Positions 1 through 14,760 of a DNA stretch of 64,000 nt are shown piece by piece. The notes beneath the pieces were generated by a model. It was not told the origin of the DNA. It worked only from the letters and a program-made list of their open reading frames with translations, and searched no databases. The first letter of the stretch is position 1, and the number at the start of each line of letters is the position of its first letter. A program made the position numbers and the translations under genes. Source of the DNA: Entomortierella parvispora E1425. Lineage: Eukaryota > Fungi > Mortierellomycota. The stretch spans positions 3,224,001-3,288,000 of the forward strand of contig BQFW01000008.1 in assembly GCA_020891255.1 (NCBI GenBank), written 5' to 3'.

Positions 1-522
1 GCTGCCAATCAAGGTGACCCCATCGCCCAACACAACATTGGTTTTATGTGGCACAGAAGAGGCAGTCATAAAGCAATGAAGTGGTTCAGGAAGGCTGCCG
101 ATCAAGGAAATATAACAGCCCAACAAACCATTGCCTTTATATATTACAACGGCTATAGTTCTCGCGATCATCGAGCAGCTATGAAGTGGTTCAGGAGGGC
201 CGCAGATCAGGGGGACGCTGTCTCTCAGAGATACATTGGCACTATGTACCTGCGTGGTATGGGTGTTCTCGAGGACTGCCAGAAGGCTATGGAGTGGTTT
301 ATGAGGGCGGCTGACCAAGGAGACGGCACCGCTCAGTGGAGTATCGGCAACATGTACTGGCACGGCCATGGCGTTACTAAGGACGATCAGAGTGCCGCGC
401 AGTGGTTTCGCAAGGCCGATAAACTAGAAAAGATCGATGTTCAGATACGACTTCAAACCAATTCCCAGAAGTCCAGCAAAAGTAGTCGAGTACATCCAAC
501 TATGCAAATGGTTGTGAGATGA
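1..522 (+). CDS. Sel1-like repeat (SLR) protein, 3' part (5'-truncated by window edge)
   Basis: Frame 1 is open from base 1 (AANQGDPIAQHNIGFMW...). Four A-x-x-W-F-R-x-A-A-D-Q-G type repeats; stop at 520-522. Confidence 0.9.
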   Translation, partial: AANQGDPIAQHNIGFMWHRRGSHKAMKWFRKAADQGNITAQQTIAFIYYNGYSSRDHRAAMKWFRRAADQGDAVSQRYIGTMYLRGMGVLEDCQKAMEWFMRAADQGDGTAQWSIGNMYWHGHGVTKDDQSAAQWFRKADKLEKIDVQIRLQTNSQKSSKSSRVHPTMQMVVR

Positions 523-932
523 GTAGTTCTGCAGATCCTTGACTTTCATGGCTCGGTGTTGTTTATTCACCTATACATGGAGGACCGAAAAAGACCTCGA
601 GTCCCGTTGCCCTGAATTCAGTCGACGGATCGATCACCCAAAACTCTAAATTGTCCCGCGATGACCTGTTTTTGCTTTGCCATCCATCCATGTCCATCCA
701 TCGTCAGTCTGTCCCCCTGCACTGCGCCCATGTCCCGTGTGTGGCTTCGCAATGGTCTCCTCTCTCGCCTTTGCCGTGGGAGAGGATCACTCTTTTGTTT
801 CTTTCTACTTTGCTCTTTTCTTCTCTTTCTCTCCTCTCTTTTTGCAACACCCCCTCACACTCCGATCCTCACTTTGCAACACACAACTACCAGCTCACCC
901 TCCTCTGGCGACATAGCCATCCAGATCGAGCC

Positions 933-3536
933 ATGGAACAGACTCGGATGCTGCACGCCACAGATACCCCTGCTAGAACAAAGAGGATCGACTTTGACGG
1001 TATCAGCAGGCAAAGCCCTTCACCAAAGACAGGCTACGACTTCAGTGCTTTGGTACAAGGATTGACCGGACTAAAGTAAACATGCCCCTCATTCATAAAC
1101 ACGACCTCTGATACCCTAGATCATCCTTTTAACAACCTACTGCCTCCTGCCTTGAACAGACCGCCGACTTGTGACGGTGGACATGATGGAAACCCGATCT
1201 ATCAGTTCACTGTCGGTCGCCTGTATGAGTACGGTGATGGTATCCCTCAGAGCTACTCCAGAGCGATGAGCTGGTACCTGAAAGCAGCCCGCCAAGGCCT
1301 CGCCATTGCCCAAAACAGTGTCGGCGTCTTTTATCGTGACGGCAAGGATGGCAACCAGAATCCCTCTCTCGCCAAAGAGTGGTTCTCCAGGGCCGCTCAT
1401 CAGAACTTTGCTGACGCCCAGTACCACTTGGGCATGGCCTACTGCCTGGATGGCGATCGTTCAAGCGCCATGGAGTGGTTTATGAAAGCCGCCAATCAAG
1501 GACACTTGATGGCTCAGTGCGGTGTTGGTGCGATGTACTACAATGACGGTCATACTCCTGAGGATCTACCTAAAGCTATGGAATGGTATCTGAAGGCAGC
1601 CAACCAAGGACTCGCAACTGCTCAGTACAGCGTCGGCTCAATGTACGATACTGGTGACGGTGCCTCTCAGGACTATCATAAGGCAGCGGAGTGGTATTTG
1701 AAGGCGGCCACTCAAGGGAATGCCTTAGCACAGTACAACCTTGGCTTCCTGTACCAACATGGCCATGGCGTTCTGTTGGACATCTCTACAGCTGTGGAGT
1801 GGTATACAAAGGCAGCAGATCAAGGATTTGTCCAAGCTGAGTACTACGTAGGGCTCCTGCTTCATGTTGGCGATATTGTTCCGCAGGACAAACTCAGAGC
1901 CAAGGAATGGTATCTGAGGGCCGCTGAGCAAGGGGACGTCGACGCTCAGCTCGATCTGGCCACGATGTATGATTTTGGCGATGGGATCGCTCAGGATTAC
2001 CAGGAAGCAGCAAAGTGGTACTCGAGAGCGGCAGATCAAGGAGATCCTATGGCCCAGTATAGCCTCGGATTTTTGTACCAGCACGGCAAAGGAGTTCATC
2101 TCGACAATTCGAGGGCAATGGAATGGTACAGGAAGGCAGCAGATCAAGGGAATGACGATGCCAGATTCTGCCTTGGTGTCATGTACAATCAATTTGATCC
2201 TCCGGACTACTTCGAAGCAATGGAGTGCTACCTCATGGGGGCAATTCTGGGACACGCCGCCTCTCAAAACTGCACTGGTGCTCTGTATCACAATGGCCAT
2301 GGAGTCTCGAAAGATTTGGCCAAAGCAAGGGAATGGTTTCTCAAATCGGCCAACCAAGGATACACCTCCGCGCAGAAAAACATGGGCAATCTGTATTACC
2401 ACGGCAATGGCGTTACCCAGGATTACCAAAAAGCTTTCGAATGGTACCTGAAAGCTGCCGAGCAAGGACACGCGACGGCTCAGGGCGTCGTCGGTGAAAT
2501 GTACCAGTGTGGCGAAGGTGTTCCCAAGAATCTTCAAAGGGCCGTCGAGTGGTATATGAGAGCCGCCAAACAAGGCGATTCCTACGCCCAATGCCATTTG
2601 GGCGAAATGTGCCAGAGCGGCGATGGCGTTCCTCAGGACGATGAGAAAGCCATGGAATGGTTCGGCATGGCCACTGAGCGGAAGAAAGCTTCTACCCAGT
2701 ACCGCATCGGCGTTATGTACAAGGATGGAAAGGGTGTTCCCCAGAACTACCAGAAAGCAATGAGGTGGTTTTTGAAAGCCGCGTGGAAAGGACACTCGAC
2801 AGCCCAGTACAACGTCGGCTTTATGTACCAGAACGGCATGGGATGCACCGAGGACCACGAGGAGGCCATGGATTGGTATTTAAAGGCAGCTGGGCAAGGA
2901 AACGCCAACGCTCAATATACTGTCGGCCTTATGTATCAAAATGGCCGGATAGCTTCTGAAGATCAACAGAAAGCCATAATGTGGTTTAGGAAGGCTGCGG
3001 AGCAAGGACATGCTAAAGCCCAGTACAACGTCGGAATTACGCTCCAGAATGACAACAGCACTTTTGAGGACTACCAGGAAGCAATGGAATGGTTTAGGAA
3101 GGCTGCTGATCAAGGAGATGCAGCCGCTCAGAGAAGTATAGGCTTTATGTACCGGAATGGCCAAGGTGTGCCCGAGGACTATCGGCAAGCCATGGACTGG
3201 TTTTTGAAGGCGGCTGAGCAAGGAGATGCTACCGCCGAATGCAACATTGGATCTATGCACCAGCTTGGCCAAGGTGTCTCCACGGATTACCAGGAAGCCA
3301 TGGAATGGTTTTTGAAGGCCGCTGAACAAGGCAATGCCAGCGCTCAGTACAACATTGGATCCATATATCAGCATGGTCAGGGCGTTATCGAGGACTATCA
3401 AAAAGCTGTGGAGTGGTTCAAGCAAGCCGCTGCACAGGGCCACGCAGGCGCGCAGCGGAGGCTACAAAAAATGTCCCAGAAGAGCAACATAGGCGGTCGA
3501 CTGCAACTTGTTGCAGGGAGATGGATCCCGCCATAA
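933..3536 (+). CDS. Sel1-like repeat protein, about 21 SLRs, no signal peptide
   Basis: ORF 1152-3536 has 21 AxxW(Y/F)xKAAxQG repeats. A likely first exon 933-1075 (MEQTRML...) joins in frame through an 84-nt GT..AG intron at 1076-1159. Confidence 0.9.
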
Positions 3537-3655
3537 TAAATGTGATTGCACTACCATCCATTCTGGCCCGTTGTCTGCATCGTAGTTTTGCTGCGTCCTG
3601 TTCCCTCATCATAGCGCTACCTGTCCCACGGTGCGGTCATGTGGTCTCTTTCAAG

Positions 3656-3775
3656 GTCAAGAGGTGGTTTCGAAAGGCCTCTGATCAAGGAGAGGTCAAA
3701 GCTCAGCGCCTCATAGGTTCAATGTACCAGAGTGGCAGATCTTCAGGCATAGCCAGATCAAGGAACAACGAGTGA
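3656..3775 (+). pseudogene. Orphan single Sel1 repeat fragment
   Basis: Reads KRWFRKASDQGEVKAQRLIGSMYQSG in a different frame about 120 nt after the SLR gene stop, with no start codon or clear splice link. Confidence 0.5.
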
Positions 3776-3864
3776 AGGATACTACATTATTTGATGTCAA
3801 TGACGACGAACAAGAGTTAAGGAGAGGCAGGACCTATTTTATTGTGTTGAGACTAGCTATTCAT

Positions 3865-8681
<4,817 letters not shown>

Positions 8682-9848
8682 GAGGGGGTTGGAATGGAGG
8701 GGAGTGAGGAGAGGGGAGAGAAGAGAGGACAGGCGGGTGAATGTGCTAATCAGAGGAGGAGATGCGTGGATCAGAAGGTGGAATGCGTGCCAAAGATGGA
8801 AGGAGATCGCCGCCCTTTTATGTCGACTGCAACGGCGGGCTGGTGCCTTGTGCGCCTTCTTCCCACAAGTCGATATAACCTTGATCAGCCTGCGGCGTGC
8901 CTCAATGTACCGGGAAAGAAGAGTCAGCGCTGCGATGCAAGGGGAATGTATGCCGCAGCCTGTTTGTTTGTTGTCGACGCCCAGTCATCGCTATTCATGA
9001 CCCACTCATGCGAGCAATATGAATCATCCGCTTGCTCAGTCAGGGAAACTTGGTTCTTTCATTTTTCTTTCTTTCTTTATTCATCTTTTTCTGTTCTTTC
9101 TAGAGATCATATCGAACCTCTCGTAGACAAGTGGGCACATAGAGTGGTACTTCTTGTGATTAAAGGTCCTTTTACTCTTTGCCGTGAAAAAAAAATAGCC
9201 AGATATGGGGAAATCTGGTCATTAGAGTATCGGCATGATGTTCAAGGTGTGGAGACTGAAGGGGATCATTTGTTTGGAATTCATCACATCATCTGTCGAT
9301 CGAAGGGGAGGCCCAACGGTTTCTTTTTTTTGGCATTGAGTTTATTCAGACATTCCAAACACATACTCACTATACCTGCTCTTCATGATCGTGTCGATCT
9401 CAATGGACCTTCAAACATACCTGTTGGATGAGAGAGAAGAAAAAAAGTCAGCAATTGCATTTTTTCAACGTCTTTCAACTCCCAAATTCAGGAGGGAGGG
9501 TTGTGTCAAAGAGTCAGGAGCTAGTTTTAATCTGTAGATGCATAGAAAAGACAAGCGTCGGCAAGACCTCGACACGATCACCAAGGGCATCAGAACCACG
9601 AGCTACTACACAAACTTGAACAAGATCCGCAAACGCATCGAAGCAGATCTAGAGATCTCCTAGCACCTCTTGCTTTTTGACGGCAATTGACACTCACCAT
9701 GCTTGACGAGGAACTACTGTTCCCCCAGAGAGCACAGCCTCAACACAACGATTCAAGTTCCGCAAGTACAGCAGCTCACGATCCCAACACAGCAATCGAT
9801 TGAAGAATCGCTTCAACAAGTCTCCCACCCCCGCTTCACACCAGCCAA

Positions 9849-9947
9849 CGCCTCAGTCAAGAAAACCTCGAAAGAATTGCCAACTGATGATCCAAAGGAA
9901 TGTAGCGCCCTCATAGAATGGATTTAACTAGGTGTCATCATTTGGCG
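9849..9947 (-). ncRNA. SNR65: Box C/D snoRNA, snR65-like (25S Um2347)
   Basis: Terminal stem CGCC/GGCG, C box ATGATGA 9935-9941, D' ATGA 9911-9914, D box CTGA 9853-9856. The guide GTTAAATCCATTC pairs with 25S GAAUGGAUUAAC with one bulge. Confidence 0.78.
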
Positions 9948-10134
9948 ATCGACAACCCGTGAAGGTGATAATGAAGGAATGAAGGATGTCCTACCTTACG
10001 AAAAAACTCCTTGAAGGATGAGCGTGAAATTCCAACGGTAGGGATACAATATCAATCTAAAAGACCAAACATGAAAATGTTAGTCAATTGCTTCATCCGT
10101 TGTGGGAAATCTTTCAAGCGAAGAGCATTGAACG

Positions 10135-10216
10135 AAGGAGATCAGAGATCAAGGTTGTCTTCTCAATTGAGTCAGATGAAACACGGATGATCGAAATTTA
10201 GACATCATATTGCCTT
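10135..10216 (-). ncRNA. Box C/D snoRNA, predicted guide for 25S A646 (yeast numbering), SNORD126-like
   Basis: C box ATGATGT 10202-10208. Guide TCCGTGTTTCA(T) plus D' CTGA 10172-10175 pairs with 25S UGAAACACGGA. D box 10142-10145; lies within intron 10264-10057. Confidence 0.75.
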
Positions 10217-10423
10217 TGTTCGTGCGGGAAGGTAATGAAAAGAGCCAGGGAACCGTGCACATACCAATTATAACGTCCTTGTACGCTCCAAAGCTGAACA
10301 CCTGCAACAACCATGCCTTGGGACCAAGAACTAATACTGGAAAAGGAACGTTGACGTTAGTTTACATTCCAAAGCATTGACTCAGGCAACATGCTCCAAC
10401 AACATTGTAGTTGAAGACTGAAT

Positions 10424-10506
10424 AATCAGAATAAAAATTTGGTAAACAGAGTATCTTCCATGGTCTCAAGTCAGAAGCAGAACTGAAAATAGGTGTCATC
10501 ACTTAA
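10424..10506 (-). ncRNA. SNR61: Box C/D snoRNA, snR61/SNORD38-like copy 2 (identical to copy 1)
   Basis: Exact 83-bp repeat of 10720-10802, located in the next intron. Confidence 0.88.
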
Positions 10507-10719
10507 ACACTCGCCAACAACAATGAAGGAAAAGGGAGGTTCACTTAAGTACTTACGTTGAGAAGGATCTATCAATGTGCTGACAAACGTCAGTCCATCT
10601 TGCTACATGAAATGCAAATCTAGATCTGAGAAGCAAAAGAATAAAATGGATTAGAATCCAATCTCAATTGCGTCTTTCATAATGTCCAAAATCCAATGAT
10701 TGAAGCAGAGACGATCAAA

Positions 10720-10802
10720 AATCAGAATAAAAATTTGGTAAACAGAGTATCTTCCATGGTCTCAAGTCAGAAGCAGAACTGAAAATAGGTGTCATCACTT
10801 AA
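10720..10802 (-). ncRNA. SNR61: Box C/D snoRNA, snR61/SNORD38-like copy 1 (25S Am1133)
   Basis: C box GTGATGA 10792-10798. Guide CAGTTCTGCTT plus D' CTGA (10767-10770) pairs with 25S AAGCAGAACUG. D box 10722-10725; AA/TT terminal pair. Confidence 0.88.
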
Positions 10803-11010
10803 GATCGATGTGCTTCAATCAAAGGATAGGGGAATGCGTTGTTCACAAAGATGGTACTTACAGCTCAATGGATGACGATGACTCGACAGCGTGAATGGCA
10901 GTCAGATGTGAAGGAAATATCTATTAAAAAAAACCAGAACAGACAAATTAATGACGATCCTTTGCACTTGTTTTTTTTTTTTTGCAATATTTTTGAGGTG
11001 TATCGATGAA

Positions 11011-11083
11011 TCGTCAGATGGTAGTGCATGTTTCTTTTGCTCAGGTGCTCGCTGGAAACGGTTATGAAGTTATCCTCATTCGA
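11011..11083 (-). ncRNA. SNR55: Box C/D snoRNA, snR55/SNORD33-like (18S Um1269)
   Basis: C-like box ATGAGGA 11073-11079, D' CTGA, D box 11014-11017. The preceding CATGCACTACCAT matches the U33 guide as I recall it and pairs with 18S GUGGUGGUGCAUG. Confidence 0.85.
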
Positions 11084-11307
11084 ATCGGTACAGCTGGAAG
11101 GGTGAAGAAGCGATATCCATGTCCAATTGCATACCTTGAAAAGATTTTTCTGGATTCATGAATCGGAAGTTGACATCCTGAATGGAGAATCTCGAGATGA
11201 ATCTGTGCGAGCAAAAAATAAAAATAGACCCGGGTTAGAATATTTTCTTTTTCAACGCGTTCTCATACAAAGGACAACTCTCGCGCCATACAGGCTGGGT
11301 TGATGAA

Positions 11308-11396
11308 GAGGTCAGAAACGAGGAATTCCATTTGTTTACGAAAGATCCACATAGTATATTCAGGGTATCATTTTACGTACAACTTTTCATCAGGAG
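11308..11396 (-). ncRNA. SNR57: Box C/D snoRNA, snR57-like (18S Gm1572, yeast numbering)
   Basis: C box TGATGA 11387-11392, internal CTGA, D box CTGA 11312-11315. The preceding guide GGAATTCCTCGTT is complementary to 18S AACGAGGAAUUCC, and the +5 rule gives the G in AAC[G]AGG. Confidence 0.85.
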
Positions 11397-11560
11397 TGAA
11401 ATCAAAGCAAGCGAGTAGCTGCGAAGGGGGAAAGAACAAAAAAAGAAGGCAACTGAGAAGAAAACTTACCACCAAAGCACAAGGTCAACCTCGGGGGAGG
11501 AGGGAAGGGGAGGATGAAGAAGAGAGAAGAGAAGAGAGGAAACACACTCGCCGCAACGGT

Positions 11561-11617
11561 AAAAATTTTTATGTACGTTCGATCTGATTCCAAACAACAA
11601 AAGTTAAGGTCACGTGA
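11561..11617. promoter_or_regulatory. Promoter of snoRNA host: RRPE-like AAAAATTTTT plus E-box TCACGTGA
   Basis: AAAAATTTTT at 11561-11570 and TCACGTGA at 11610-11617 sit just upstream of the pyrimidine-rich first exon. RRPE is the yeast ribosome-biogenesis element. Confidence 0.45.
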
Positions 11618-12748
11618 TACATCGCATGATGTCGTGGAACATATCTAGATCGCACATATTGCAAAGCGCGTTTCGATCCCCTTTCGATGGCGACTTGTCC
11701 GTCAAGGATTGAGCAAAACGGAAGACCTTTGAGCATGACGCGATGAACAAGAAGGTTACATGCAATCTGTTCAACAGCACTAGTGCTATTTACCCCTGGT
11801 CCTGAAGCAGCTGCTGCATCAAACAATACAACAATAATGGATGGCGGGTGGCTGGCCTTGTGACAGAAAAAGGGGCAAGGCAACTCTGGGCACAGACAAT
11901 AATGTCAATAAAACACACGCACCGCAACGCACGCGCGATGTGGGTGAAAACGAAGGCGAGGTGAGTGATCTTGCCCTGAATATCGTGAACATGCCACCTT
12001 TTTCTTTTTTCTTTTTTCTTTTTTTTTTATAGGAGAGAGGGTCAGCAACCAAACCGCTCTCTTGCATCTCTCCCCCCTCTTGACTTACTGCCTTTTGCCC
12101 ATGCCAATGTCAAGGGCTCGACAGTGAATATAAAAAGAAGATCGATTGGGTGGAGACACAGGTTGCTCTGTTCAATGTGATGCCTGATGAGCACATGGGC
12201 ACCTGGCTGTCTTTGACGCCTTCCCTTTTTTTTTCTTTTTTTTTTTTGCACCCCCTTCTCTGGACACGAACACCCCCTCACCCCGCGCAGGAGCGAGACT
12301 GTCGGTTTTTCGGCTTGTCTGTGGGCACTTATTGTTGTGCAATCCGAGGAGCCTCTTTGACCCTCCTTCAGCAGAGGCGCAAGGTCAGCAAAAGGGAGGT
12401 CTGTCAGGTCATTCGTCCACAAAAATTGCCCCTTTCCTTGTCTTTGTTGACGCGGGTTGGGTGGAAAAAACTAGATCATGCCCCACCTGCTTGCCCCAGG
12501 TATAAAGGAGAGCCTGAATCGCCTGCGACAGCAGGGTTTACTTCCTTGTCTTCACCCCTCTGTCCTTCCACCTTCCCCCCTCCAAGCCGCTCCTCTCTCT
12601 CAACCACAACTAGACCTTTCCCGCGCAAAAAAAACAAGAGCCTTTCTCTCCTCGTACGCGCACGGCTGATCCACTTTTTCGTTCAACCCCAGTCAGATTT
12701 CTGATCTCCCCTCCATCAAAACCACTCTCCTTTTCAAAAGAAAAAACA

Positions 12749-14760
12749 ATGACCAAGAGTGACACCGAGGCCGAAGTAGTCGTCGCCGAGGTTGAAGTAG
12801 CCGAACCCGCCGTCGCGGCCTCATCGACAACTGAAGAAGAAGAGGAAGACATTGATATTGAGGCAGGATATTTGCAGAAGAAAGGAACCAACCCTTTGAA
12901 CCCCTGGAACAAACGCTATTTTGCCTTTGGAAGCGAACCCGTTGCACTTAGCAACCTGCAAGGTCTTCACAAGCGCAATGAACGGCGCGTCAAGGCTGCC
13001 CCTGCCCCCGCTGCAGCTGCGGAGCCAGCTGCGGAGGCTGCTGGAAAGGGAAAAGAACCGGCTAAGGATGCCCCCGCGGCTACTCCCGCGCCGAGCGTCC
13101 AGGAGGTCTATGAGGAAGCAAACAAGGACCTGTTGATCAACATTGCTCACGCAACGACCAAGGGTGAGGGTCTCTTATTTTACCACAAATCAGACGATGC
13201 TCTGCACCGCAGCAACCCGCTAGGCATCATCAACCTCCGAGATGTGAACTCTGTGGAACGCGTTGAGAAGTCTTCCAAGAACCGATCGTTTGTTGTGAAT
13301 ACCAAGAACCGTGACTACCACTTTTCTGCCGAATCGCCTCAAAAGGCTAAGGGCTGGGTGAAGGCCATCCAAGAAAAGGCCGATCAAGCAAAGGCGGCCA
13401 GCGACCCACAAGAGAGCCCTGAATTCCAAGAGATTTACAAGAAGTTGGGTATGTTTACTTGGCGCTGTGGGTGTATCTGTTCACTTGGAAAGGTCTTTCA
13501 TGTTGACGTTTATCTTCTGTTGTTTCTTCTGATCCATGCTTTTTTCCAACAGTTGCCCGTGAGGCATTCGAGCATGTCAAGAACTCTGCCAACATCGTAT
13601 CGGATGGAGATATCAACTCTGATGGTGAGCCAGACGATATCGAAATCGAGGGCGGCGAGCCGATCGTGAAGAAGCGTAAGTCCTTCTTCGGATTCTCTGC
13701 CGTTGCGACCAGCCATGAGAAGAAGAAGGAGGGCGGCATCACCACTGAAGTCTCAACTGAGCAGCACCAGGACTTGACTCACGTCCAGGACGGCGATGTC
13801 GATGCACTCAAGACGCACGAGTCTGAGAACGCCGTCGCCCACACAACTGATGGAGCTACCTCTCCTGCTCCTGCAGAGACTCCAAAGTCTCCCAAGGCAA
13901 AGAGTGGAGGCTTCAAGCTGTTTGGCAAGAAGGCGCCAAAGGTTGAAGAGGCCCCTGCCGCCCCTGCAGAGCACCCATTGACCGTGGACGAGGCCAAGGC
14001 CCAGGCATTGAAGGCTGTGGATGATGCAGTTGAGGAAAGCAAAAAGAAGGCTGCAGAGGCCAAGGCAGACCAGCCACCTGCTCCACCCGCGCCTGAGAAG
14101 AAACCAGGCTTCTTGGCCAGCCTCTTCCACAAGAAGCCCGTAAGTACTCATATGACATGACCACTCATATTCTGGACGGATCAATTGACTGACGGACCCC
14201 ATGTCTTTGTCGTTTTGCCCCCTTCCATATAGGCGGCTCCTCCTGCACAGGTTGCTACACCCAACGAAGAGACAGTTGTTGTCTCTTCTGAGAAGAATCT
14301 TTCGGATGTCGTCACTGCTGAAGGTGAGGCCACATCTCAGTCAGCTGCTGGTTTCTTCTCCAGGGTGACCAAGGGCAAGGACAAGAACGAGGTTGAGGTC
14401 AAGTCTTCCGAGATCAGCACCGACGATGTAGTTACAGCCGAGGGCTCCACTCACGTTCAGCACATTGAGGGCACGGATGCCAGCGCTGTCAAGGAGGACG
14501 GCGAGAACCGAGTAGATCTTTCCACCACGGACGAGACAGTTGCTACAGCCGATAAGGTTGAGCGCAAACCATCTCTCCTCAAGCGACTTGGCGATGCTGT
14601 TCGTCCTGCGAAGGCAGTAGAGGAGGCAGCGCCTGCAGAGGAAGCCGTCCCGGAGGAGACTGCAGAGGAGACTGCATCTGAAGTGCCTGCAGCTGCGACA
14701 GAGGTTGTTGTGGAGGACACTAAAGTCACCGAGGTCGCCGAGGTCGAAGTTGTTGCGTAG
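12749..14760 (+). CDS. Meu6-type PH-domain protein with long acidic Ala/Glu/Pro-rich tail, 3 exons
   Basis: GYLQKKG..WNKRYFAFG, NIAHATTKGEGLLFY..PLGIINL and SFVVNTKNRDYHFSAES...GWVKAI. Introns at about 13449-13552 and 14141-14232. Confidence 0.8.

Larger units (their letters stand above)
9330..11545 (-). ncRNA. Spliced non-coding snoRNA host gene (at least 7 introns)
   Basis: Introns (minus-strand donor to acceptor): 11469-11203, 11134-10921, 10861-10626, 10556-10337, 10264-10057, 9999-9717 and 9697-9532 or 9421. Donors are GTAAGT, GTATGC, GTATGT, GTAAGG or GTGAGT; most have CTAAC/CTAAT-like branch sites. Internal exons are 19-72 nt and the ATG-started ORFs checked in exons 2-3 are at most 26 aa. 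Transcript ends are approximate; AATAAA at 9341-9346. Confidence 0.8.

Noticed and set aside
1725-3443. Long antisense ORFs opposite the SLR gene (similar ones lie opposite ENA, OPT and HSP78)
   Set aside because: Shadow ORFs caused by codon bias and repeats on the coding strand.
9215-9290. GTGATGA C-box at 9281-9287 (minus strand) as a further snoRNA
   Set aside because: No CTGA D box at a suitable distance, no terminal stem and no convincing guide; left unresolved.
9480-10340. Apparent degenerate protein-coding exons (WD40- or F-box-like peptides) on the minus strand
   Set aside because: All frames are interrupted, and the splice pattern and C/D modules explain the region as a non-coding host.
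10424-10802. 83-bp direct repeat as LTR, CRISPR or transposon end
   Set aside because: Only two copies, no TG..CA ends, no spacers or cas genes; fully explained as duplicated intronic C/D snoRNAs.
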